NCBI GenBank assembly: GCA_003231035.1
Contig: QIHU01000303.1
Span: 1-39,639 of the forward strand
DNA length: 39,639 bases
Direction: 5' to 3'
From: Acidobacteriota bacterium
Lineage (GTDB): Bacteria > Acidobacteriota > Thermoanaerobaculia > Multivoradales > SZUA-115
Shown: piece after piece, positions 23,476 to 35,413 of the stretch
Layout: each line of letters begins with the position of its first letter
Numbering within the stretch: the stretch's first letter is position 1
Position numbers and translations under genes: made by a program
The notes under the pieces: model-generated
The model's input: only the letters and a program-made list of their open reading frames with translations
What the model was told of the DNA's origin: nothing
Databases searched by the model: none

Positions 23476-24603
23476 TCAGTGCGAGTGGCGAAACTCGTCC
23501 ATGAAAGCCGCCAGTTCTTCGACGCTCTGGGGAGCCATGGCGTTGTAGATCGAGGCTCGCAGCCCGCCGACCGACCGGTGCCCTTTCAAACCCACTAAGC
23601 CGCGTTCGCTGGCTCGCGAGAGGAACGGGCTTTCGAGCGCCGGGTCGGCCAGGGTCCAAGCGATGTTCATTTGCGAGCGACTGGTGGGTTCGGCGTGGCC
23701 ACGGTAGAAGCCGTCGCTCTCATCGATTCGGTTGTAGAGAATCCCTGCCTTCTCGCGATTGCGTTCCTCCATCTTGGCCAGCCCGCCCATCTCGTCGCGC
23801 AACCAACGGGTGACTAGAAGGACCAAGTAGATCGAGAAGACCGGCGGCGTGTTGTAGGCCGAGCCCTTGGCGGCATGGATTCGGTAGTCGAGCATGGTGG
23901 GTAACCCTGGGGGGGAGCGCTCGAGCAGCGGGCGGTGAACGATGACCAGGGTCACTCCCGCCGGTCCGGCGTTTTTCTGGGCTCCGGCGTACAGCATGCT
24001 GTAGCGAGAGATGTCGATCGGACGGCTCAAGAAGTTCGAAGAGCAGTCACAGATCATCGCCCTGCCTGACTCCGAGGGCGGAGCGATGTCGAACGGCGGA
24101 TCGGGGAATTCGACTCCCTGGATGGTCTCGTTCGAGGTCAAGTGGAGGTAGGCGGCGTCGGGGTCGAGGTCGAGTTCAGCGAGGCTGGGAACCCGCTTGA
24201 ACCCCGCGTCTTTGCCGTTCCACACTTGGCGCACGGTCCCCTCCCGCTGGCCTTCGGTGACCGCTTTGGCACTCCAAGAGCCGGTCACCAGGTAGTCCGC
24301 GCTGGCGGTTTCGCCGTTGGCTTGGCGCAGGAAGTTCATCGCCACCATCGAGAACTGAAGACTGGCGCCGCCTTGGAGGAAGAGCACCTCGTAGTCGTCC
24401 GGGATGTTCAAGAGCTGGCGTAGGTTGTGGCGCGTTTCGTCGAGGATCGCGGTGAAGGCCGCAGAGCGGTGGCTAATCTCTAGGATCGAGGCTCCCGCTC
24501 CTGGCAAACAGAGCAAATCGCGTCTTGCCTCTTCGAGCACGGCCAGGGGCAGGGTGGCGGGGCCGGCTGAGAAGTTGTGAAGACGTTCAGAAGCAGTCGG
24601 CAT
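23476..24603 (-). CDS. serC: Phosphoserine aminotransferase
   Basis: MPTASERLHNFSAGPATLPLAVLEEA..., FLQGGASLQF, and YAGAQKNAGPAGVTLVIV (PLP-lysine region) are typical SerC blocks. Confidence 0.9.
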   Translation of the reverse strand: MPTASERLHNFSAGPATLPLAVLEEARRDLLCLPGAGASILEISHRSAAFTAILDETRHNLRQLLNIPDDYEVLFLQGGASLQFSMVAMNFLRQANGETASADYLVTGSWSAKAVTEGQREGTVRQVWNGKDAGFKRVPSLAELDLDPDAAYLHLTSNETIQGVEFPDPPFDIAPPSESGRAMICDCSSNFLSRPIDISRYSMLYAGAQKNAGPAGVTLVIVHRPLLERSPPGLPTMLDYRIHAAKGSAYNTPPVFSIYLVLLVTRWLRDEMGGLAKMEERNREKAGILYNRIDESDGFYRGHAEPTSRSQMNIAWTLADPALESPFLSRASERGLVGLKGHRSVGGLRASIYNAMAPQSVEELAAFMDEFRHSH

Positions 24604-24624
24604 GAGAGAGGTTTCCTAGGGCTG

Positions 24625-26355
24625 CTAACCGGTCAGGGCAGAGGCGAAGATTCCCGGCACTTTGAAGGGTGAGGGGTCGATCTCGAACCGGGTCATCCGG
24701 CGCCCTAGTTCCAGGGACTTCCTGTGGCTCACGAACCACGGCGGTTTAGGAGAGACCCGGAAAGGGGCCCGGAGGACGGACTTCTGGGGGCGGTCGAACA
24801 TCAGGGTGTTGTGAACCACCCCGGTGCCGGACTGAATGTCGTAGAGGTCGGCGCCGGGGAAGGCTCCCCAGGTGGTGGCCACCATGCCATAGCCGATGGC
24901 GGCCCAGTGGTTTATCGCCACCGTGCCGTAGCGCAACTCTTCCACCGCGCGCTCGAAGGCGGCGGCTATGGCGGGGTCGCGCAGGGTGGCGGGATGGATC
25001 ACCAGGGTGACGTTCAAGGTTCCCCACAGCCGCTCATTGGCGTAGCGCACGGCGGCATCGAGGAAGCTGGCGGGATCGTGGGCCGGCAGGGCAGTCTCGG
25101 CCATCACGCTACAGAAGGCTTCGCTGCGTTGACACAGATCCTCTTCGAGTGCCGGGTCCAGATCTGGAATCAGGACCCAGGGCAAGCGGCCGAAATCGTC
25201 GTCGCCGAACTGTTCGCTGCGCTCGTGGCTCTCCACGAAACGGCTCCACCGCTCCTCGGCACCGGGGTAGTAGGCACGACGGGTGGGCAGGGTGGTCAGC
25301 AGCCGTCGCATCTCGTCGAGGAGGGGAGCGCGCCCCTCCCAGCCGGCGTGGGTGACCAGCATGCGGGTGGCGTTGCAGTTGAAGCCGGCATTGTTGGCCA
25401 GGCTAGAGACGATGTTCTCGGCTTGGTAGGCCACATCGGCCACTGACCATGGGCCTGGAACGACGATCCACGGACTGATGTTGCCCAGCTCGCTGGTGAT
25501 CTTCTTGCTGAGCTTCGGCTTGCGCGCCGCCTTGTTCGCGGCGCCTTGCTCTCCGGTTCCAAAAGCGATCGCTTCCACCGTCTTGTCTGAACCGGTCACA
25601 TGGATCTCGTCGATCCCTGAGTGCTCGCACAGGTAGGCCCCTTCCCGCGCCCCGCCGTAGACCACGCGTAGAAAACCGCGCCGGATGAGGGGCTCAAACC
25701 CTTCCGCGAAGAGGGGTCCGAGGTAGTGGTTAGTCTGGTGAACCTTGAAGAGCACCACCCGGTTGTCGACGAAGAGTTTGTAGAGAGTGTCCATCGGCCC
25801 GATCGAGGAGACATTGCCGGCGCTCAACACCAACGCCACGCCCCCTTCGTCGGCCTCGCGGTAGTGGGCTGCTTGCGGTATGTCGTCGGCGGTGACCCCG
25901 GGCTCCATCCAGACTTCGGCGCTGACCCCGGCGTAGAAAATACGATCCCAGAGGGTGGACGGGATCACCTGCGCGACCACCTGGCCGTTGGCGCGGGTGG
26001 TCACCGGGCCGGGAATTCGGGGACGACCATGGCGGGCGATGTCGCGCAGTGAGCCGCGCAGGAGGCGCAGATTGCGGAAGATCAAGTAGGGCCCGGCCAG
26101 CCACTCTTCGCCCGCCAGCGCATTGGCGGGGGGAATCCCCTCCGCCTCCAGGCAACCATCGACCCAGCGCTGGGCGACCGTGGCGAAACTGGCGATCAGT
26201 TGATCAGTCAGCTCCAAACGCCGCTGCGCGCCAAGGGCGCTCCAACTCTTGCGCTTCTCGGCCAGCTGCCGGACAGCGGTGTCGAGATCGGCCCGCGAGG
26301 TGGTGGGTCCCAGGTGCGGTCCGCTGGAAGGGTTGGGCGACGGCGGAGTGGGCAA
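24625..26355 (-). CDS. Aldehyde dehydrogenase family protein (long, atypical)
   Basis: The ALDH-like core includes SELGNISPWIVVPG (catalytic Glu region) and NAGFNCNATR (catalytic Cys region). It is 576 aa long. The apparent start is TTG, so the start is uncertain. Confidence 0.7.
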   Translation of the reverse strand: MPTPPSPNPSSGPHLGPTTSRADLDTAVRQLAEKRKSWSALGAQRRLELTDQLIASFATVAQRWVDGCLEAEGIPPANALAGEEWLAGPYLIFRNLRLLRGSLRDIARHGRPRIPGPVTTRANGQVVAQVIPSTLWDRIFYAGVSAEVWMEPGVTADDIPQAAHYREADEGGVALVLSAGNVSSIGPMDTLYKLFVDNRVVLFKVHQTNHYLGPLFAEGFEPLIRRGFLRVVYGGAREGAYLCEHSGIDEIHVTGSDKTVEAIAFGTGEQGAANKAARKPKLSKKITSELGNISPWIVVPGPWSVADVAYQAENIVSSLANNAGFNCNATRMLVTHAGWEGRAPLLDEMRRLLTTLPTRRAYYPGAEERWSRFVESHERSEQFGDDDFGRLPWVLIPDLDPALEEDLCQRSEAFCSVMAETALPAHDPASFLDAAVRYANERLWGTLNVTLVIHPATLRDPAIAAAFERAVEELRYGTVAINHWAAIGYGMVATTWGAFPGADLYDIQSGTGVVHNTLMFDRPQKSVLRAPFRVSPKPPWFVSHRKSLELGRRMTRFEIDPSPFKVPGIFASALTG

Positions 26356-26361
26356 GGTCGG

Positions 26362-27399
26362 CTACCGGCGGCGCGAGAGAAGATACTCGGGGGCGTACTC
26401 CAGAGCCTCTCGAGTGGTCGAAGGAGGGAAGAACTCCAACTGCTGGCGGGCCTGCTGGGCGTAGTCACCGGCGATCTGTTCGACCTCTTGAAGAGTACCT
26501 TCGGTGTTGACCAGGTCTAGAATCTCCTGGGGATCGACGCGGTCGAAACTACGATCTTCGAGCACCCTCTCAACGCGCTGGCGGGCTTTGGCCGTGAGGC
26601 GCGGCATGAGCAGCAAGACCGGCAAGGTGAGTTTGCCTTCCTTGAGGTCAGAGAGCACCGGCTTGCCTAGATCGGACTCGCGGGCGGTGAAATCGAGCAG
26701 GTCGTCCACTAGCTGGAAGCAGATGCCCAGCGCCTTGCCGTAGCGTGCCAGCACGGCACCGGCTTCGGGGCGCTCGGTGGGGATCAGGCTGGGGATCGAA
26801 CAGGCGGCGGAGAAGAGGTCGGCGGTCTTGCGGCCGATGATCTCGAAGTACTCCTCGACGCTCAGGTCGGGGACTCCGAGCCGATCGAGAACCAAAAGCT
26901 CGCCTTCGGTCATCCGCGCGGTGGCAGTGCACAGGCGCCGGATGACCTCAACCCGGCCGTGCGAAAGGGCCATGTTCATGCTGGTGGTGTAGGCCCAGTC
27001 ACCCAGCAAGACGGTGCGATGGTTGTCCCATAGCTGGCTAACCGTCGGTCGGCCCCGGCGCAGGGGGGCGTAGTCGATGATGTCGTCGTGAATCAGGGTC
27101 GCGGTGTGGATCAGTTCGACGACGGCGGCGTAGGTCACTTCTTCCTCGCCGTCGTGGCCCAGCAGCTGGGCGGCGAGCAGCAGCAGAGCTGGTCGAACGC
27201 GCTTGCCACCGCCTTGCGCCAGGTACTTGCCGGCCTCTTCGATGAAGGGCACATCGCTCGCCAGGTGTTGGCGAAAGATGACCTCGGTCGCCACCAACTT
27301 GTCGGCGACCAGTTCCAAGAAACGGGCAGGGGGCGCCGTTTGCGGTGGGCTGGTGGGGTGGCGCTCGTTCGGGTTCGCCAAAGGCATCGGTTGACTCAC
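26362..27399 (-). CDS. Polyprenyl diphosphate synthase (trans-IPPS, IspB-like)
   Basis: The first DDxxD motif lies in LIHTATLIHDDIIDYAPLRRGRP and the second in FQLVDDLLDF. Start is GTG 27399 or ATG 27387. Confidence 0.88.
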   Translation of the reverse strand: MSQPMPLANPNERHPTSPPQTAPPARFLELVADKLVATEVIFRQHLASDVPFIEEAGKYLAQGGGKRVRPALLLLAAQLLGHDGEEEVTYAAVVELIHTATLIHDDIIDYAPLRRGRPTVSQLWDNHRTVLLGDWAYTTSMNMALSHGRVEVIRRLCTATARMTEGELLVLDRLGVPDLSVEEYFEIIGRKTADLFSAACSIPSLIPTERPEAGAVLARYGKALGICFQLVDDLLDFTARESDLGKPVLSDLKEGKLTLPVLLLMPRLTAKARQRVERVLEDRSFDRVDPQEILDLVNTEGTLQEVEQIAGDYAQQARQQLEFFPPSTTREALEYAPEYLLSRRR

Positions 27400-27435
27400 G
27401 AGAGATCCAGGGGCAGGCGAGGTCGCGGGGCCGCG

Positions 27436-28128
27436 CTAGGGTTCCGCGGTGACCGGATCGAAAGGCTCGATACGCTCGAGCTTGCCATCGTTGAAACGGT
27501 AGACCTTACCGGCCTCAAAATACCACCAAGCGACCTCGGTGTGGTCCCGGAAATCGAGTTGCTCCACTTTGTCCGGCTCGCCGACCTCCTGGTGGGTGCG
27601 CCGTTGGTCCTCCGAGCTAATCGAGGCGAGAAACTCTCGCAGGCTAGCCACGAAGGCCGCATCGCGCACCACGATGGAAGAGACCACCGGACTGCCTTGC
27701 TTGATCTTGTGGCTGAGATCGATCCGTTCCAACTCGTGCATTCGCTCGCCACGCACATCGCGCACGGGGATACTGACCACCAGCTGAAAGTCGTTGAAAT
27801 AGCTGTTCCAGGGCCATTCGAGATCGAACTTGCCACGCTCGTTGGTCAAGCCGGTCAGCCGTCGAATCTCTTTGCGCTGCCGCCTGAAGTGGCGCGGGCT
27901 GAAACCAGAACGGGCAACTTCGAGGGCCACGTACAGTCCGTCGATCGGTAGCCCGCCAGGTTCGGTGACCAGGCCGGTGAGGCGAATGCGGTCGCCCTCT
28001 TCATAGGGCCCCCTAGCGGCTCGCGCCGAAGGCGCTGGAACCAGCACGAGGACGGCCAGCAGCCACGAAAGCACCAGTGCGGCGCGGGTCGCGCGAGGTG
28101 GGCGGCGGCGGCGGCCGCGATTGAGCAA
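27436..28128 (-). CDS. Hypothetical secreted protein
   Basis: An Arg-rich N-terminus is followed by a hydrophobic signal-like segment ALVLSWLLAVLVLVPAPSARA. No motif is recognised. The apparent start is TTG, directly after the yajQ stop. Confidence 0.5.
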   Translation of the reverse strand: MLNRGRRRRPPRATRAALVLSWLLAVLVLVPAPSARAARGPYEEGDRIRLTGLVTEPGGLPIDGLYVALEVARSGFSPRHFRRQRKEIRRLTGLTNERGKFDLEWPWNSYFNDFQLVVSIPVRDVRGERMHELERIDLSHKIKQGSPVVSSIVVRDAAFVASLREFLASISSEDQRRTHQEVGEPDKVEQLDFRDHTEVAWWYFEAGKVYRFNDGKLERIEPFDPVTAEP

Positions 28129-28130
28129 GG

Positions 28131-28622
28131 TCAGCTACTCCGGTAGTTGGTGAAGGACACGGGCACGTCGAGATCGAGCTTTTTGACCAGCGCGATCACC
28201 TCTTGCAGCTGGTCCCGCTTCTTTCCCGAAACGCGCACCGTGTCCCCTTGGATGGCGCCTTGAACCTTGAGCTTCATCTTCTTGATCTCCGCGACGATGC
28301 GCTTGGAGGTCTCTTGCGGGATGCCCTGTTGGAGGGTGATCTTCTGTCGCGATCGCCCCCCCGCGGCGTCCTCCGGGGTCTCGTAGCGCAATGATTTGAG
28401 GTCGATGCCGCGGCGGATGATCTTGCTCTTCAACACATCGAGACACTGGCCCAGGGTGTACTCATCCGCCGACTCGAGCAGCAACTCCTCGCCCTGCAGC
28501 TCGATCCGCGAAGCGGCCTTCTTGAGGTCAAAACGGTTGGCAACCTCGCGATGCGCCTGGTCGACGGCATTGCGAACTTCTTGCAGATCCACGGTCGAAG
28601 CGATGTCGAATGATTCAGCCAT
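28131..28622 (-). CDS. yajQ: YajQ-family (UPF0234/DUF520) nucleotide-binding protein
   Basis: MAESFDIASTVDLQEVRNAVDQAHREVANRFDLK...KVQGAIQGDTVRVSGKKRDQLQEVIALVK is the characteristic YajQ sequence. Start is taken at ATG 28622. Confidence 0.88.
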   Translation of the reverse strand: MAESFDIASTVDLQEVRNAVDQAHREVANRFDLKKAASRIELQGEELLLESADEYTLGQCLDVLKSKIIRRGIDLKSLRYETPEDAAGGRSRQKITLQQGIPQETSKRIVAEIKKMKLKVQGAIQGDTVRVSGKKRDQLQEVIALVKKLDLDVPVSFTNYRSS

Positions 28623-28841
28623 AACTAGGCGGGAGTATACCGCTTGCACGGCCCACGCGGCAGCCGGGATTGAGTTTGGTTTTGGTCCCCCTGAGCCAGC
28701 AGGAGCCGATGCTGACGATATTCAACCCAGACCTCCAAGGTTCACTGCGAGAACCGTGCGGCGAACTGCTACCATCGGTGCTCACGACACTCTTGAATGG
28801 GGCTGGGTGGCCAGTCGTTCGCGCGCGGAGAGGAACTCGAC

Positions 28842-30512
28842 ATGGCAGCGTTTGGTGTAGCTAGAGAATCGCGATTCTTGCCTCGGCCTGGCTCCAGCCG
28901 TAGCCGGCTTGGCTTGGCTCTGCTGCTGGTGGCAGGGGTCTGTGGGTCTGGCCTCGCGGCCGCGGCCCAGACGATCTTTATCGAGGACTTTGAAAGCGGC
29001 AACTTCTGCGCTTGGAACTCTTCGCTGGGTGTTCCTGGCCCCTTTGTCGAGAACTTCGCGGGCGCCGATGGCGATCCGTGGCCCGCTTACTGGTCCGCGG
29101 TGGGTGGGGTGGCCCTGGCCGACTTGCAAGCGGGGCAGGCGCGCTTTCGCCCCGTCCCTAGCGGCTATTCGCTAGCTCGCCTCTTCGCGCCGGTGGATAC
29201 CCGCGACGTGGAGCTACGGTTCACGGTGGTCTTTGAAGACATCGCTACCCAAGGCGTTGGTTTCTATGTGCGGCAAAACGGCGGCTATCTCCAGCAGACG
29301 ACGCCCTTTGGCCAGGGTTATGCGGTGTTCGTGGAAGGTTTTCGCGCCCTGCCCGGGATCGGAGTCTGGCGAGAGGTCGACGGTGTGGAGCAACAGATCC
29401 AGATCTTTTTCGACGCGGCTCTCAACTTCCAAAACGGGGTGCCCTACCGAGTGCGATTCAGGGTCAATCAGGTGGACTTGGCCACCACCATGCTCCAGGC
29501 AAAAGTTTGGCCGGAAGCAGACGCGGAGCCGGAGGGCTGGCAGGTACAGGCGACGGACTCCACACCCGCGCTGCAAGGGATCTCTGGTGGTATAGCCCCC
29601 GACTCCTGGAGCGCGCTTCAGTCGCCGGGACCGATCACGGCGCACACCTTCGTCGACGACATCGAAGTGGAGGCGCTGTGCAATCCTTTGGCGGGGCGTG
29701 GCGCGGTGGAGACGGTCTCGGAGAGCTTCGTCTTCACCGAAGGACCGCTGTGGCGAGGCGACCACCTGCTCTTTAGCGACATCACCGCCGACACGATCCA
29801 TCGGCTCGATCCGCCGGCCAACTTCGCCGTTTTCCGCGACCCGAGTGACCGAGCCAATGGTCTGGCGCTCCTGCCGGGGAGCGGGGAGCTGCTGGCTTGT
29901 GAACATTCCACGCGACGCCTCTCGCACACCGACGGCGCAGGCCTGGTGACGCCGCTGGTCGATGAGTACCTTGGTATGCGTTTCAACTCGCCCAACGACC
30001 TCGTGGTCCGCACGGACGGCACGGTTTACTTCACCGACCCGGACTACGGCCTGGATAACCCTGGCGACCGCGAACTGCCGTTCAACGGTCTCTTCCGCCG
30101 CGATCCAAACGGCGCATTGACCGCGGAATGGGAGGGAGTGATCGGCGTCAACCAGCCTAACGGCGTCGCCCTTTCTTCCGATCAGCAGCAGCTCTACCTG
30201 GCCGACTCGGAAGCGGGAGAACTGCTGGTGTTCGACGTGGCCGCTGACGGCTCTCTTTCGAATCGCCGCGCGATTGCCACCGGCCTGACGATTCCCGACG
30301 GCCTCTGCGTCGATCACCAAGGCAATGTATTTGTCGCCACCTGGGCCTCGACGATCGAAGTCTTCGCGGCCGATGGCACCCCCTTTGGAGCGATTCCCAT
30401 CCCCCAGGCAGCGACCAACTGTACCTTTGGCGGCACCGACTTTCGGTCCCTCTATGTGACTGCCCAAACGGGCCTCTACCGTGTGCCGATGGTCTTGCCG
30501 GGATTTCGCTAG
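28842..30512 (+). CDS. Secreted protein: N-terminal jelly-roll (lectin/LamG-like) domain + C-terminal SMP-30/gluconolactonase/LRE-like six-bladed propeller
   Basis: GGAGAGGA RBS, ATG 28842, and a signal peptide. The N-domain is framed by IFIEDFESGNF...FVDDIEVE. The C-terminal part carries SGL-type blocks: FTEGPLWRGD, RFNSPNDLVVRTDGTVYFTDP, PNGVALSSDQQQLYLADS, PDGLCVDHQGNVFVA. Confidence 0.8.
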   Translation: MAAFGVARESRFLPRPGSSRSRLGLALLLVAGVCGSGLAAAAQTIFIEDFESGNFCAWNSSLGVPGPFVENFAGADGDPWPAYWSAVGGVALADLQAGQARFRPVPSGYSLARLFAPVDTRDVELRFTVVFEDIATQGVGFYVRQNGGYLQQTTPFGQGYAVFVEGFRALPGIGVWREVDGVEQQIQIFFDAALNFQNGVPYRVRFRVNQVDLATTMLQAKVWPEADAEPEGWQVQATDSTPALQGISGGIAPDSWSALQSPGPITAHTFVDDIEVEALCNPLAGRGAVETVSESFVFTEGPLWRGDHLLFSDITADTIHRLDPPANFAVFRDPSDRANGLALLPGSGELLACEHSTRRLSHTDGAGLVTPLVDEYLGMRFNSPNDLVVRTDGTVYFTDPDYGLDNPGDRELPFNGLFRRDPNGALTAEWEGVIGVNQPNGVALSSDQQQLYLADSEAGELLVFDVAADGSLSNRRAIATGLTIPDGLCVDHQGNVFVATWASTIEVFAADGTPFGAIPIPQAATNCTFGGTDFRSLYVTAQTGLYRVPMVLPGFR

Positions 30513-30527
30513 GGAAAGTATCGCTTG

Positions 30528-32285
<1,758 letters not shown>

Positions 32286-32366
32286 TCGTCGGTGATTCTT
32301 TAGACGCTCATCCCTACGCTTCGAAGAGTTTGTAGGTTTCGTTGTCGCCTACCGGATGACCGGCAC

Positions 32367-35300
32367 CTAGTCGGTAGAGCCTTCTCCGGGCGCCGCCGCG
32401 AACTCTCGAGCCCGGTTCGGCCGTCCCAGAGCGGTGTATAGCTCGCGCAGGTAGCGGCGGTTGCGTTCGATCTTGGCCGATTGTTCGGCGCAACAGGTGA
32501 GGAGCCTGTCGAGGCCCTGGAGCAGCTTCGCTTCGGCCTCGCGGTAGCGGTGTTGGCGCAGGAGGACTAGCCCCAGGGCGCGCTCCTGGTCGGCGATGAC
32601 TTGGGGATTGGCCGGTGTCTGGCTAGCGGCGAGCAGGGAGCGGCGGGCAACGCTTTCGGCTTCGTCGAACTCGCCAAGGCGCAGCAACACGGAAACCAGA
32701 GGGCCGGAGAAGGTGAGAGTGTTGCCGTGTTGCTCGCCGAGCTTTTCCTTGGCGAGCTGGTAAGCCCTGTGGAACGACTGGCGGGCGTCAAAGAGATTCT
32801 TTCGCTTTAGCTGGATGACGCCCAGGTTGTGGTACAGCGTGGCGATGGTCGGGTGGCTGGGGCCGAGGATCTTGAGGAAGACCTCCAGCGACTGGCGGTA
32901 CATGGCCTCCGCTCTATCGAATTGACCAAGGCTGCTATAGACCCGGCTCAGATTGTTGGCCACGGTGGCGACTTCGGTGTGGGTGTCGCCATATTCAGCT
33001 CGGTAGATCTCCAGCGCTTCGCGGTAGAGTCGCTGCGCTTCCTCGAAGTCTTCTTGGCGGTAGCGCAAGCCAGCCAGCCGACTCAGGGATTCGGCGACCT
33101 CGATATGGCCGGCCCCGAACCTCTCTCGACGGATCTTCAAGGAACGGGTGAAGTGCTCTTCCGCTTCGTCGAACCTCCCTTGGGCGATGCGCAGCTCACC
33201 TAGCTGGTCGAGGCTATAAGCGATCGCTGGATGACCCTCGCTGTAGAGCTGGCGGCGAAGCTCCAGGGCTTCCTGGAATAGGCTCTCCGCCTCTGCAAAG
33301 CGGTGAAGCTGGCGCAGCATGGTGGCCAAGTTGGTGAGCGTGGTGGCGAGCAGGGGATGGCCCTCGGGGTAGAGGTGGCGCTGTCGGTCAATCGCATCGC
33401 GAAAAACCTCCTCCGCTTCCTCATAACGGCCCTGACGCTGTAGAGCGGTGGCCAAATTTCCGGTGGCGCCGGCCAGTAGGGGGTGGCGATCGGTGATCTG
33501 TCCCATCAGTTTGATCGTCCGCCGATGGAGTTCCTCGGCGGCCTCGAACTGGGCCAGTTGGCGCTTGAGCGAACCGAGAGCGTCGAGGCCGGTCCCCAGC
33601 AGCTTGATGCGCTCTTGAGTTGTGGGTTCGATCAGCTCGATCGACTCCTGAAACGCCTTTTCCGCCTCCTCGAAACGGCCCACCTCTTGGTAGAGGCTGG
33701 CCAGCTTGTGAAGGCATGAGACCACTCCTTGTGGACTCTTCCCTAGTCTCCTTCGGCGGATCGCCAGCGCTTCCTGGAGGTGCTCTTCGGCTTTTCCATG
33801 GTTCGCCTGCAGCGTTTCGATCCGACCCAGCTCTTCGAGCGTGTCGGCCAGCCTGGGGTCGATTTTCGAATGCAGTTCGCGGCGGTTGGCCAACGCCGAG
33901 AACAACAGCTCCCGGGCTGGCTCGTAGAGGCCCAACCCGAGATAGGTCTTGGCCAGAGTCTCCATCAAGCTGGCCTGGATCTCCGGCTGTCCCGAGAGTT
34001 GCTGGAGTTCACCGGCGCTGTTGTCGAGGACTTCGCGAGCGGTGATGCTCTCACCCTTCGATTGGGTAGGATCGGCGATCTCATAGAGATCGATCATGAA
34101 CTGGGAGACCACCCCGGCTCGGTCGCGTTGTTGCAGGGTCTTTTGACGCTGTAGGAGCAGGCTGGTGAGGAGGACGAGTAGGAGCGTTAAGGCTGCCGCG
34201 GCGGCGGTCGTTGCAAGGCGATGACGATTGAAGAATTTGCTGGTTCGGTAGACCAGGGTGTCCTTGCGGGCGCCAACTGGCAGGCCGGCCAGGTGGCGTT
34301 GGACATCTCCCGCCAGGGCCTCCACTGAGGGGTAGCGACGGCTGGGTTCCTTGCGCAGCGCCATCAAAACGATGGTGTCGAGATCCCCGGCGAGTCGCCG
34401 CTCCAGCTTGGATGCCCGTTCGGCGATTCCGGCCTCCGCAACGCTTTTAGCATCGCTGACCGACGCGGAGGGGCGACGCGGCTCCTGCTCGCAGACCGCG
34501 CGGGTGAGCTCGTGGGCGGCCGCCGAATCCAACCGGTAGGGAAGCTGGCCGGTCAGCAGGACGTTGAGCAGCACCGCCAGCGAGTAGACATCGGTCGCGG
34601 TGGTGATGGCCTCGCCCAAGATCTGCTCAGGACTGGCGTAGCTCGGGGTCATCAGCTGCACCCCGGACTGCGTTTGGACTAGGGTTTGCGGGAAGTCATC
34701 TTGGCGCAGTAGTTTGGCGATGCCAAAGTCGAGCAGTTTCGGCTCGCCGTCGGGCGCGACCAGGATGTTGCCTGGCTTGATGTCGCGATGGACCACCAGA
34801 TTGCGGTGTGAGAAGGCGACCGCCGCGCAGACTTTGACGAAGAGGCGAAGGCGTTCTTCGACATTGAGCTGGTTGTGGCGACAGAACTGGGTGATGGGAA
34901 GACCATCGACGAAGTCCATCACCAGATAGGGCGCACCTTCCTGGGTAGCGCCGCCGTCGAGCAGCTTGGCGATCCCCGGATGGTCGAGGTTGGCCAAGAT
35001 CTGCCGTTCGCTCAGGAAGCGACGCTCGAGGTCGAGGTGTACCAGATTGCGCTCGAGGAGTTTGATCGCCACCTGTTTGCGGTAGGTGTCGTCGGCCCGG
35101 AAGGCGAGAAAGACCGCGCCCATTCCACCACGACCCAGCAGGCGAACCAGTTCGTAGGGGCCAATCTTGCGCCCCGCGATCGCCGGTTCGTCGGCCTCCC
35201 CGCTGGCGGCAAGAGCTAGCGGATCGACGGCCGGCCGGTCGATGAAGGCGGTGGCTTCGTGGTGACTAGCGAGGAGAGAGTCAACCTCTTGGCGCAGCTC

Positions 35301-35405
35301 AGGATCGGCGCAGCTCTCATCCAGCCAACCCGCGCGTCGATCCTCTGCCTGTTCCAGGGCGGCATGGAAGAGTTCTTGGACCTGCCCCCAGCGTTGCGCT
35401 TGCAT
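32367..35405 (-). CDS. Ser/Thr protein kinase with one TM helix and a long TPR-repeat C-terminal domain
   Basis: Start is ATG 35405, 8 nt after the sigma-gene stop. Kinase motifs are LGRGGMGAVF, VAIKLL, HRDIKPGNIL, DFGIAKL and SPEQ. The TM helix is AAAAALTLLLVLLTSLLL, followed by ~500 aa of TPR-like repeats (...YEEAE..F..AL...). Confidence 0.9.
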   Translation of the reverse strand: MQAQRWGQVQELFHAALEQAEDRRAGWLDESCADPELRQEVDSLLASHHEATAFIDRPAVDPLALAASGEADEPAIAGRKIGPYELVRLLGRGGMGAVFLAFRADDTYRKQVAIKLLERNLVHLDLERRFLSERQILANLDHPGIAKLLDGGATQEGAPYLVMDFVDGLPITQFCRHNQLNVEERLRLFVKVCAAVAFSHRNLVVHRDIKPGNILVAPDGEPKLLDFGIAKLLRQDDFPQTLVQTQSGVQLMTPSYASPEQILGEAITTATDVYSLAVLLNVLLTGQLPYRLDSAAAHELTRAVCEQEPRRPSASVSDAKSVAEAGIAERASKLERRLAGDLDTIVLMALRKEPSRRYPSVEALAGDVQRHLAGLPVGARKDTLVYRTSKFFNRHRLATTAAAAALTLLLVLLTSLLLQRQKTLQQRDRAGVVSQFMIDLYEIADPTQSKGESITAREVLDNSAGELQQLSGQPEIQASLMETLAKTYLGLGLYEPARELLFSALANRRELHSKIDPRLADTLEELGRIETLQANHGKAEEHLQEALAIRRRRLGKSPQGVVSCLHKLASLYQEVGRFEEAEKAFQESIELIEPTTQERIKLLGTGLDALGSLKRQLAQFEAAEELHRRTIKLMGQITDRHPLLAGATGNLATALQRQGRYEEAEEVFRDAIDRQRHLYPEGHPLLATTLTNLATMLRQLHRFAEAESLFQEALELRRQLYSEGHPAIAYSLDQLGELRIAQGRFDEAEEHFTRSLKIRRERFGAGHIEVAESLSRLAGLRYRQEDFEEAQRLYREALEIYRAEYGDTHTEVATVANNLSRVYSSLGQFDRAEAMYRQSLEVFLKILGPSHPTIATLYHNLGVIQLKRKNLFDARQSFHRAYQLAKEKLGEQHGNTLTFSGPLVSVLLRLGEFDEAESVARRSLLAASQTPANPQVIADQERALGLVLLRQHRYREAEAKLLQGLDRLLTCCAEQSAKIERNRRYLRELYTALGRPNRAREFAAAPGEGSTD

Positions 35406-35413
35406 CAGAAGGG

